Part shown: one piece after another, positions 54,301 through 62,165 of the stretch
Position numbering within the stretch: the stretch's first letter is position 1
Layout of the letters: each line of letters starts with the position of its first letter
Assembly (NCBI GenBank): GCA_918797485.1
Contig: CAKKNE010000004.1
Coordinates: 5,146,001 to 5,210,000 of the forward strand
Length of the DNA: 64,000 nucleotides
Reading direction: 5' to 3'
DNA from: Pelagomonas calceolata
Taxonomy: Eukaryota
The notes under the pieces: generated by a model
What the model saw: only the letters and a program-made list of their open reading frames with translations
Told to the model about the DNA's origin: nothing
The model's database searches: none
Position numbers and translations under genes: made by a program

Positions 54301-56007
54301 CGGCGGCGGCCGGCGGAGGACGCGCCGCCGGACCACGCGTGGCTCTTCCGCCGGCTGCTGCGCGACTGGCGGCGCGCCGTCAAAGTCAATAGGGAGCACC
54401 GCGCGCGCGCGGCGGCCGAGGTCGAGCCCGTGGGAAGGCGGTTCCGGCGGCGCCGCGGCTTCATCGCCTGGCGCCGCGCGGCGGCCGCGAAGCGCATCCT
54501 GGACCTGGCGGCGGGCGCGAAGGCGGCGCGCCGCCTGCGGAAGCGGCGGTTCGCCCAGTGGCGGTCGAACGCGGACGTCGTCCAGGAGACGCGGGCTGCG
54601 GCGTGCAAGGCGCTGGCGCACTACCTGGAGACGGCGCGGCGGCGGGCCTTCGGGGCGTGGCGCGCGGCGGCGCGGCAGCTGTTCGCGCGGCGGCGGTTCC
54701 GGCGCCTCGGCGCGGGCCTCGCGCGCGCGGCGCGGCGGCCGCTCCTCGACGCGGCCGCCGCGGCGGCCAGGGGCGCGCGGGCCAAGGAGACGCGCGATTC
54801 GGCGGCGGCCCTCGCCTTCCGGCGGGACAAGCGCAAGGAGCGCGCCGCGCAAGCGCTCCAGAAGTGGCGCCGCGACGTCGCGGCGCTGCGGGCGCGCGCG
54901 CGGCGGCTCGCGCGCGCGGCCGACGAGCTGCAGGACGCGGCCGCCGCGCCCCGGCCGGCGCCGCGGCCCGGCGCCGCCGCGACCGTGCAGCCGCGCCTGG
55001 CGTCCGTGCACGAGGCGCGGCGGCGGCGCGACGCGGCGAAGGCCGCCGCCGACGCCGCGCAGCGCGAGCTCGTGCGGCGCGCGACGCGCGCCGCGGCCTC
55101 GCGCGCGGCGGCCGCCGCGGCGACGCGGCAGGGCGACGCCGCGCGCCGCGCCGTCGCCGAGGCCGCCCGGGAGGCCGCGCGCGCCGCGGCGGCCGCGCAG
55201 CGCGAAGCCTCTCGGGCGACGGCGGCCGAGACGGCGCGCGCGACGGCGGCGCGGCGCGCGGACCTGGCCGAGGACCGGGTCCGGGACGAGGCCGCGGCCC
55301 TGGCGGCGGCGACGGCGGCGCTCGACGCGCTCGCGGACGGCCTCGGCGAGGAGCTGGGCGTCGCGAAGATGAGCGGCCTCGCGGCGCCGAAGCGGAAGAA
55401 GAAGAGCAGTCTGCGGAGCGGCGCCACGGCCCTCGTGCACGCGACGTCCGGCACGCCGCCGCCCGCGCCGCGGCGCCAGGCGACGTCGCGGCACAAGGCG
55501 TTTCGGGCGCTGGCCGACTGCGAGAACCGCCTCCTCTGGTTGCGCACGGCGGAGCAGGAGCTCGACAAGGCGTGCGCGGACCGGGCGCTCGCCGCGGCCC
55601 AGCTGTCGGAGCAGGCCGAGGCGCAGAGTCGCGAGGCCGACGTTAAATTGGAGAAGGCCCTGAACCTCGCGCGCGAGCTGCGCGAGGCCGTCGCCGAGGC
55701 CGGCCGGCGGACGGCCGAGCACGAGATACGCCGCAAGCGGGCCCTGGAGTTGCTGGAGCGGCTGAACGCGGACCTGAAGCGCGCGAATCTGGATTTGGCG
55801 GCGTCCGAGGACGCGCGCGACGAGCTGATCGCGCGGGCGGACCGGCGCAACGCGCGGCTGCGAGCCGAGCGCGAGGCTGAGCGAGTAGACGGCGACGTCG
55901 TCGCGCCTGCTGGCGTGCCGGAGACGCCGTCGGGGGGGTTGCCTTGGAGTGATGACGATCCGACGCCTAGGAGCGTCGGCGGGCGACGGGTGTTTGCGAC
56001 GACCTGA
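51388..56007 (+). CDS. SDS22-like LRR, Pro-rich, coiled-coil and Sfi1-like-repeat protein (about 1,539 aa; possibly centrosomal/basal body)
   Basis: VYLSNNCF, LSLTNNCV and LALEGNGV...YRSRCLA...LRRLDGRDVT (LRR plus LRRcap); recurring R-x-x-F/L-x-x-W-R motifs; ATG in an accaccATG context. Confidence 0.75.
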   Translation: MPSYGALHAARKQLAAQHFTVDADAVAWLDAEASSDESVPPPPPRSAPPRPHRSRTPPPPRGAPPQPQPAPRRSKSSPPRARRRPAPRPPPAPRRRLSVGEACRRLGERACVRRGRLALVGELCTDIADVPAFAAACETVYLSNNCFAALDGVQAFRHVVQLSLTNNCVLHLDRLEPLRSLEALVVLALEGNGVAALPGYRSRCLATCAVSLRRLDGRDVTPRERRDAAAADRRDRAVWDDLRRLDARAARLGAYASLRQAHGELRAWFAAARGPDGPPPGRDVEARLLLRRWRVGDQGGSFDGVELLARRAGLRLRAATGARPSDADVFARVHDGLHRAFAAALGRCGGLARTTPALGRGRMPVRALCAAAQGEVAHVAAALALAPAAPASGPASLADSLPPQQLEPPSPDKAARAAPPSPEPAPPPPRPHTPPPLAARPPSPIYDRSRSPPPPAAEPAPGPAALAPPAPPPPARPRPRQARAPARPARPPRATAQARPSRAQARPARPSRSPVRSAPAPRATAQARPSRGATRAPAPARPARPSRSPVRSAPAPAAPAPTAPAPTAAERKRARSPPPPVVVEPVAPAEPEPAPEPEPTPPATPTTRQRRRATALEKEEALAATLRELSTHVASVLGVDDAANRRLCDEAPPAAPTDERMSELKAYTSHLKKRLRALEKASGAERARAERAAFLVDGVARHRGGPAPGRGGEQAVTDAEKRLAEVTAALKRAQARAGDAAKVAAARDAARDAAARAAERRARAERACDDAKAQGCDARARRADAEAQLLAASEEATAARGDATRSLYDAAAYSSDDRDSSDDSSDDDDCVDRARRGAAVAALVAQRAGVGGGAPRLAKVRAPWLLRRILRRWRAAKKVKPFNAPRLRAALEKLREHVDLGRLDKAGAKRAAAAAQRRAFRALRAHRAPRAKKTKAAVAEKPPDARALFRRWRTRVASDARLRRASEALVARRRPAEDAPPDHAWLFRRLLRDWRRAVKVNREHRARAAAEVEPVGRRFRRRRGFIAWRRAAAAKRILDLAAGAKAARRLRKRRFAQWRSNADVVQETRAAACKALAHYLETARRRAFGAWRAAARQLFARRRFRRLGAGLARAARRPLLDAAAAAARGARAKETRDSAAALAFRRDKRKERAAQALQKWRRDVAALRARARRLARAADELQDAAAAPRPAPRPGAAATVQPRLASVHEARRRRDAAKAAADAAQRELVRRATRAAASRAAAAAATRQGDAARRAVAEAAREAARAAAAAQREASRATAAETARATAARRADLAEDRVRDEAAALAAATAALDALADGLGEELGVAKMSGLAAPKRKKKSSLRSGATALVHATSGTPPPAPRRQATSRHKAFRALADCENRLLWLRTAEQELDKACADRALAAAQLSEQAEAQSREADVKLEKALNLARELREAVAEAGRRTAEHEIRRKRALELLERLNADLKRANLDLAASEDARDELIARADRRNARLRAEREAERVDGDVVAPAGVPETPSGGLPWSDDDPTPRSVGGRRVFATT

Positions 56008-56147
56008 ATAAGTATCTTTGGAATATCGAACTTCACAAGGGTCTTTTTTGTGTTCACGGCATGGCGGACGAGCGTCCAGGCGAAGGGATATACTAGTAAC
56101 TTAAGGTTAAACAAAAACACAGCCATGTCGAACGCGACGAGCCAGAA

Positions 56148-57639
56148 CTAGGAAAACCACAAATCCCGCCGCTTCAGCAACGCGTCCCAGTCGATCTCGT
56201 CGGTAATAGCGACGCGCCTCGAGCCGCGCACCCAGACGTTGAGGGCGAGGCGCCTCCCTTTCACATCAAAAGCCGGGTGCGCGTCGCAGCGCCACACGTC
56301 GGTGGGCATCGTGCCGAAAGCGGCCACAGGAAAGACGCCAAGCCACGCCTCCCGATCACCGCCAGAAAGGACGCGCAACGCCGCCTCGCCCGCCTCGAGG
56401 CCGAAGGCCGCGTGTTCCTTCGCATAGGTATCCGTCACGACAAGGTCGCCGCGGCCGGGAACGCCGACGGGGTGCCCCGAGGCCCGCTCCGAGAGCACCT
56501 GGCACGACCCGCCCTCGACGTCGTCGAACGCGCAGACCTTGCCTTCGTAGTTCATCGACAGCCGCCCGTCCTCGAGCCAGTTCGGGTGGTTCCCGTCGCG
56601 GAGCCACGTCGCGACGACGCGCACGTCCGCGCCGTCCGGGTTCACCGTCAGCGCGTGGTTCGCGTCGCCCCGGGGACACCCTTGCCCGCGGGCGCGCACG
56701 ACGACCAGGAGCCGCGTCCCCTTTGCGTTCCACTTCACGTGGAAGACGTGCCGGTGGCACTCGGCTCCTTTTCGCGCGTCGCCGCCGGCGACGGCGCGAG
56801 GCCGCGAATCCAGCTCGGCGGCGGCGACGAGGGCGCTGAGCTCGAGGAAGGCCGTGGCGTTCGTCCTCAGGTCGAGGACGTGGACGCCGTCCTTCTGACT
56901 TTCTAGATGGCGGAGCTGTTCGGGCGTGACCTGTGTGGAATCAAATTTTGGGCGCCCCACGCCATCGACGCGAGGTTGCCTCCATTCCTGCGTCTGCTCG
57001 ATAGCGTAACCCAAATCACTGTTTGATTTCCACACGGGGTGTGACGACGACGCCGTAGCCATCTTGCGTCATTCTTAGTGCCGCCAGGTCCCGCGGCGCG
57101 GCCGCCCGGGCGCCGTCTCGGGTCACGTGGTAGACGGGCGTCGGCAGCCTCGTTTCCCTCCCGCGCTGCCAGTCGCTGCGGACGCCCCGGACGATGGGCG
57201 CGCCGTCGCCGCGCGTCCCGACGACGTCGTTGAAGTAGAGCTCGTCGTCGGACGCGCCCCACTGGACTTGCGCGCCGAGCTGCGCGTCCCAGGCAGCCGT
57301 CGGCCGCCGGTACGCGACCGGAAAGCGGTCCTTGCGCTTCTTCTGGAGGTCGTAGACGACGACCTCCGCCACGTCGCCCGGCGTTACGTCCGCGGGGCCC
57401 TCGCGGCGCGTCCGCGTCGCGCAGACGTAGCGGCCCGACGGCGAGATGGCGCTGGAGTCGAAGAAGCGGTGCGTCGTGCGCGCGCCGCCGACGACCTGCC
57501 ACCGGACGTCGTAGGTCGACCGCGGCCGCTTGATCGTCGCGGCGCCCCACCGCGGCGCCACGACCCAGACCGTCGCCCAGAGAATGACCAGCAGCGGCGT
57601 GAATTTTATGCCGCGCTTCAGCAGGGACTGCTGCGGCAT
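56148..57639 (-). CDS. Membrane-anchored TolB/oligogalacturonate-lyase-like beta-propeller protein (about 458 aa, one introner intron)
   Basis: Exons 57639-57046 and 56930-56148. N-terminal TM segment; ISPSGRY, WDAQLGAQVQW, FHVKWNAKGTRLL, GNHPNW, GHP, LVVTDTY and RCDAHPAF. Confidence 0.75.
56931..57037. mobile_element. Introner, 107 bp, subfamily B (GT-AG intron 57045-56931, minus strand)
   Basis: Ends ctgtgtggaatcaa / ttgatttccacacgg; TSD ggcgtgac / ggtgtgac. Phase-0 join G-V-V|V-T-P-E. Confidence 0.9.
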
Positions 57640-57781
57640 GGTGCCTTGTGCAGTGCTGAGCCTTAAGCAATTTTTGATTCAGCGAGACACCACTGCGCTA
57701 AACATTATTCGTATATTTCTATTATCTTACGGAAGGTGCACTCAAGTGCACTCAAGTGCTCTTTTTCAGACTTGGTTGCTA

Positions 57782-57804
57782 GCTAGCGATTGTAAGATAC
57801 TAGC
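57782..57804 (-). promoter_or_regulatory. Recurrent intergenic motif copy (minus strand gctagtatcttacaatcgctagc)
   Basis: 142 bp upstream of minus-strand ATG 57639, in the same orientation. Confidence 0.55.
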
Positions 57805-57826
57805 TGCACTAAGCCTTGGATGATAC

Positions 57827-58609
57827 TTACAACAGCGACGCGTCCGCGGCGACGCGGACCGCGTAGCCGTCCGGGTCCGTGAGCAGGCACACGTCCCCCT
57901 GGCTGACGACCGTGCCGCCCGTGATGCCGGCGCGGATCGCGCACGACGCCGGGTCGGACACGACGTTGATCTCGGCGTCGGGCTCGACCTTCTCCGAGCC
58001 ATAGACGTAGCGCAGCTCGAGCCGCGCCGCGCCCGAGGCGCCGGACTCGGGGCCCGCGTCGTCGTCGGAGAAGCCGACGTAGGCCGCAAGCGCGGCCTCG
58101 TCGGGCACGAGCGCCCGCTGCCGCAGCAGCGTCATGCCGAGGCCCGTCGTGTAGAACTCGATCGCTGCCGGCAGGTCCTTCACCTTGAGGACGACCTTCG
58201 CGGCCGGCTGGGCCGGCGCCGGCGCGTCCTTGCTGGCGGCGAAGCCGGCCCAGACCCTCCGGCTCTGCGGATCATCGAGCGCGGCGACGTCCCAGAGCGT
58301 TTCGGTCTTCTCAGCGTCCTCATCCGGCAGGGACGAAGCCGTGAGCTCGCGCCGCTCAGCGTCGCCGCCGGCCTTGGCCAGGGCCTCGGCGGTCGGGAGC
58401 TCGACGCCGACGCCGAGGCAGCCGAGCTTGCAAGGCGTGGGCTCCGCGGCCGCGTCGAAGCGCAGACGAAAGCCGTCGTCGAAGCAGACCGCGTCGCCGT
58501 CGGTACCGATGCCAAGGGTGTCCTGGAACCAGGCCGCCGGCGACGGGCCGCCGAGTTTGACGCTGTGCAGTAAGGCGTGCGCAGTGGTCAGTGTCAACAG
58601 CAGCCGCAT
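57827..58609 (-). CDS. Glyoxalase/VOC-family protein, probably plastid-targeted, 260 aa
   Basis: KVVLKVKDLPAAIEFYTTGLGMTLLR...AYVGF...LELRYVYG...LTDPDGYAV; signal-peptide-like MRLLLTLTTAHAL. Confidence 0.8.
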   Translation of the reverse strand: MRLLLTLTTAHALLHSVKLGGPSPAAWFQDTLGIGTDGDAVCFDDGFRLRFDAAAEPTPCKLGCLGVGVELPTAEALAKAGGDAERRELTASSLPDEDAEKTETLWDVAALDDPQSRRVWAGFAASKDAPAPAQPAAKVVLKVKDLPAAIEFYTTGLGMTLLRQRALVPDEAALAAYVGFSDDDAGPESGASGAARLELRYVYGSEKVEPDAEINVVSDPASCAIRAGITGGTVVSQGDVCLLTDPDGYAVRVAADASLL

Positions 58610-58777
58610 GGTGGCAAGTGTTTGGCGGCGGCTGCAAGGTCGTAGACTGCAACTAGTATCAATGCAACTCCTCGTGAGCAACGGCTGCAGCAAGGTTGCA
58701 GAAGGATCACGAATCTTCTGACGAGCAAATGCACATATGGATGGCGACAGCAGCGGCACTTGCACCACTATAGCCAA

Positions 58778-58799
58778 CTAGCGGCTGTAAGGCACTAGC
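58778..58799 (-). promoter_or_regulatory. Recurrent intergenic motif copy (minus strand gctagtgccttacagccgctag)
   Basis: Lies in the divergent region, 168 bp upstream of minus-strand ATG 58609. Confidence 0.55.
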
Positions 58800-58989
58800 A
58801 AGTCCTTGTCTGGGGCCGCTGTCTTTGGCGCCTGTGCCAGTGCACATCGCTGCGAGCATAAAGCTCCTCGGCACACGCTAGCGGCGGAGAAAAAGGCGCA
58901 GCTTCTAAGAGTGCTCCGCTCCCAGCTTGTGAGAGCTCAGGGCAGTGGTACCTCGCAGCCTACAGTGCGCGACGCTACCCACAAAAACC

Positions 58990-60111
58990 ATGGCCGGTGT
59001 CCTCGCCGAGGCCTTCACGGAGGGCCGATGCGCGCTCGCCGGCATCAAGCAGTCCCTGAGATGCGTGCGGAAGCCCTGCGGCGGCGTCGCCAAGGCCGCC
59101 TTCGAGGGCTCCGTCGATGACTTCGTCGCGGCGAACCCCGGGGCCGAGGCGCAGCTCTACAACCGCGTCAAGCAGTGCGGGCACTGCCGCAAGGTCTGCG
59201 CCTACACGCTCGCGACGTGCAACGGCTGCGGCGCCGACCTCGCGTCGGTCGACGAGTCGCGGACGCCGAACGTCTTCATGGGCTTCGCGCACGGCATCGC
59301 GCGGGCGGGCTTCCCCCTCCGGGCCTCGACGCGCCTCGAGACGGAGGACGTGCTGGTCTTCGACGACCCGCTCGTGCTCGCGGGCTGCCACGTCTGCGCC
59401 ATCCCGACGGACGTGCACGTGCCGACGGCGGCCGGGCTCTTCGCGGACCCGGCCCGGGGCGCGGCGCTCATGCGGCGGCTCGAGGCGGCGGCCTGGGCCG
59501 CCGTCGAGGCCCAGTTCCTGGCCGACGACGCCTGGATGGCCGGCGTCTACGGGACGCCGCGGCCGTCCGACGAGACGCTGCGGCGGGCCGTCGTCGCGGG
59601 CCTCAACGCGCCGCCGTCGCAGTACCAGCTCCACCTCCAGTACCTGCTGCCGCCCCTGCTGCCGCGCCAGCTCCAGCTCTACCGCGTGGGGAACCACTTC
59701 ACGAAGGACCGGTTCCTGCCGCTGGACTGGGTCCTCGCGGCCCTCGACGCGCTCGCGGCCAAGGGCGTCGCCTTCGACGAGGACCTGGACGGCGCCGAGC
59801 TCATCGCGCGCGTCCAGGCCGTCGAGGGCTTGGAGGGCGTCGACTACGAGGCGAGCTGGCGGCGCTGCTACGACGGCGTCGCGGCGTCGCAGACGGCGCT
59901 CGGGCGCTACGCGCCCGACCTCTTCGCCTACGCCGTGCGCGACGAGGACATGCGCGTGCTGGACCTCGCGAGCGGCGCCGCTGCGACGGGCGTCGACGCC
60001 AACGAGTTGGCGAACGCGGACAAGGGCGCGCTGGGCGGCTACGACCGCGACGGCGCCGTGTACTACTCGTTCCCCCGGGCCGCGCCGCTGCCGCTGCTGT
60101 CCGAGTTGTAG
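58990..60111 (+). CDS. Zinc-ribbon plus HIT-like domain protein, 373 aa
   Basis: CGHC...CNGC zinc ribbon; ETEDVLVFDD...CHVCAIP and GLNAPPSQYQLHLQYL parallel the HIT/aprataxin pattern with Gln in place of His. Confidence 0.6.
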   Translation: MAGVLAEAFTEGRCALAGIKQSLRCVRKPCGGVAKAAFEGSVDDFVAANPGAEAQLYNRVKQCGHCRKVCAYTLATCNGCGADLASVDESRTPNVFMGFAHGIARAGFPLRASTRLETEDVLVFDDPLVLAGCHVCAIPTDVHVPTAAGLFADPARGAALMRRLEAAAWAAVEAQFLADDAWMAGVYGTPRPSDETLRRAVVAGLNAPPSQYQLHLQYLLPPLLPRQLQLYRVGNHFTKDRFLPLDWVLAALDALAAKGVAFDEDLDGAELIARVQAVEGLEGVDYEASWRRCYDGVAASQTALGRYAPDLFAYAVRDEDMRVLDLASGAAATGVDANELANADKGALGGYDRDGAVYYSFPRAAPLPLLSEL

Positions 60112-60461
60112 TCCTGGTTTTCCGTTCGCTCTTCTTCCTGTGCCGTTTCGTTCGCCTTTGGTGCTACCTGAGCGTTGCCTGCCCGGGCGCGGGCGCGAAA
60201 AAAAAAATTCCTCTCCGTAAACCTGGATTTCCGTCTGATTCGTAATAAGCCTATGTGCACTACGTCGACAAGAGACTACAAGCCTGCGGTGTGCACCCAT
60301 GGTCGCAGAGGAGGCTCATCTCCAGCGCCGCGCTCTGCGAGCACAGCTGCCCCTCATACACGCCGAGGCACACCGAAACGGCAGCCGCACCGCGCTGAGA
60401 ACAACCAAGGGGTCATCCGTCGTCGGTGCGGCGGCTGCCCAGACTACTTGGCCGAGGAGCT

Positions 60462-60517
60462 GAGAGCCACATACACTTGGCTGGGAGAGCCACATACACT
60501 TGGCTGGGAGAGCCACA
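60462..60517 (+). repeat. 23-bp tandem repeat (2.4 copies) ending 6 bp before ATG 60524
   Basis: gagagccacatacacttggctgg x2 plus gagagccaca. Confidence 0.9.
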
Positions 60518-60523
60518 GGACAA

Positions 60524-61591
60524 ATGCGCTTCGCCGGCGCGACGTTCGAGAAGGGCAAGCCGCGCGGGCGCCTCCACACCGAGGGCTACGCGACGCTGCA
60601 CAACGCCGACGGCGGCCGCTGCCTCATCGACCCCAAGCTGATCCCCGTGTACACGCCCGGCCCGGCGTCGGTCTACGCCGTGTTCAACCTGCCGCGCGCG
60701 CGCACGCCGGGCCTGCCGTTCGGGCGGTCCACCGTCGAGCGCATCGCCGACCCCCTCGCGCCGCCGCGGACGGCGCACCTCCAGAAGTCGACGTCCGAGC
60801 GGTACTGCGACGCGCACCCGCGCGACGACGACGAGTCGACGCTCTTCAAGGGCACGCTCAGCGGCTGGTCGGCCGTGCCCACGCGCGAGTCGGCGCCGGA
60901 GGCGCCCCGGCGGCCCTGGACCTACGGCGACGGGCGCCGCCGGAAGCCGCGCGTCAAGGACCACGGCTGCCTCTACAACCACTCGACGACGCGGCGCGGC
61001 CGGTCGCTGGCGCGGGGCTGGTCCGACATCAACTCCGACTCGACGGTCATGACGGCCTCGGTCGGGCCGCGGCCCTCGGCCCTCTTCACGACGTCCAAGA
61101 AGTACACGCCGCTCCAGTACGCCGTCGCGACGGACGCCATCCCGCTGCGGCCGCCCGGCGCCGACAGCCCGGGGCCCTGCTACCTGCTCGAGCGCGGCGA
61201 GCTGCCGGACCCGCACTCCTACGCCGCGTCGCTGTCCGACGTGCCGCGCTGGCGCCACCGCGACGCGGCGCCGGAGCTGCGGTGCCCCACGCCGTCCGCG
61301 GCGCACTACGACCCCGACTACGCTCTGTGCCGCGACGCGCGCACGGAGATGAAGCTCGCGTCGAGCGGCCGCCACCGCATCGGCGGCGCCGACGAGCACC
61401 TGAAGTACGTCGAGTCGCCGGGGCCCGTGTACGGGCCGGACGACTCGAAGAAGAAGCGGTGGGGCGAGACGGCCTTCAAGGGCTGGCTCAAGAGCCACCA
61501 CGCGATGGCGCACCGCGGGCCGCGCTTCACGAGGCACCGGCGGAAACACGGCGCCGGGCCCCGCGAGCGGAACTTGGACTGGATACACTAA
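60524..61591 (+). CDS. Protein with dispersed (S/T)PGPxxY motifs (SHIPPO/STPG-like, possibly axonemal), 355 aa
   Basis: TPGPASVY, SPGPCY, TPSAAHYDP and SPGPVYGP; GC3-biased ORF; caaATG start. Confidence 0.6.
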   Translation: MRFAGATFEKGKPRGRLHTEGYATLHNADGGRCLIDPKLIPVYTPGPASVYAVFNLPRARTPGLPFGRSTVERIADPLAPPRTAHLQKSTSERYCDAHPRDDDESTLFKGTLSGWSAVPTRESAPEAPRRPWTYGDGRRRKPRVKDHGCLYNHSTTRRGRSLARGWSDINSDSTVMTASVGPRPSALFTTSKKYTPLQYAVATDAIPLRPPGADSPGPCYLLERGELPDPHSYAASLSDVPRWRHRDAAPELRCPTPSAAHYDPDYALCRDARTEMKLASSGRHRIGGADEHLKYVESPGPVYGPDDSKKKRWGETAFKGWLKSHHAMAHRGPRFTRHRRKHGAGPRERNLDWIH

Positions 61592-61680
61592 GACCAATTG
61601 TTACGGTGCTAGAACTAGTGGGCGGAGCCCCTGGGGGGGAGACACCGCTCGTCGCCGACTCATCGGCGTGCCGGATGTTT

Positions 61681-61704
61681 GCTAGTGTCTTACAGGCCGC
61701 TAGC
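61681..61704 (+). promoter_or_regulatory. Recurrent intergenic motif copy gctagtgtcttacaggccgctagc
   Basis: About 250 bp upstream of the next plus-strand gene; preceded by tgttt, as is the copy at 27235. Confidence 0.55.
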
Positions 61705-61960
61705 TCAACTATGTGGGCGGGCGCAAGTTTGGAGTCTAGATCGCGTTCGCCGGCCGTGTTTGGTTCTCGGACCTTGGCTGTGTGCTCGTCTGGACGCCCG
61801 GCACTGTCCGGCTCTCAAGGCTTGGCGAGAGAGGCCGAAGAATTAAGTGAAAAGCGACGATTGCAAGCTGGCGGATCACGAGGAAGGACGCGCGGCGTCG
61901 TCGCTCTGCCCGCGGAGCCTCGCGCAGCTCACGGACATCCCTTTCTTCTTTAGCATGGAC

Positions 61961-62163
61961 CTGTGTGGAAATCAAGCAGTGCGTCGGGTGCGCCCGACAA
62001 TTCTTCACTAAGTCATTCCTCGGCGACGACCCGGCCGTCCTAGCTCGGTCGAGCGGTGAGGAACCGGCATCGCCACGCCGTTGAGCAGGCGTCGCGTCGA
62101 TGGCGTGCAGGTCGACGCGACGATTCAACACGAACGCGCCGTAAAATTTTGATTTCCGCACAG
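61961..62163. mobile_element. Full-length introner, 203 bp, subfamily A reversed, inserted on a start codon (GC-AG intron 61953-62163)
   Basis: TIRs ctgtgtggaaatcaa / ttgatttccgcacag; the perfect TSD gcATGgac contains the ATG. Confidence 0.9.
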
Positions 62164-62165
62164 GC

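Noticed and set aside
52255..56126. Minus-strand 1155-aa and 501-aa ORFs
   Set aside because: Antisense shadows of the plus-strand LRR/coiled-coil gene.
60462..60517. Mini CRISPR
   Set aside because: The repeats are contiguous with no spacers.
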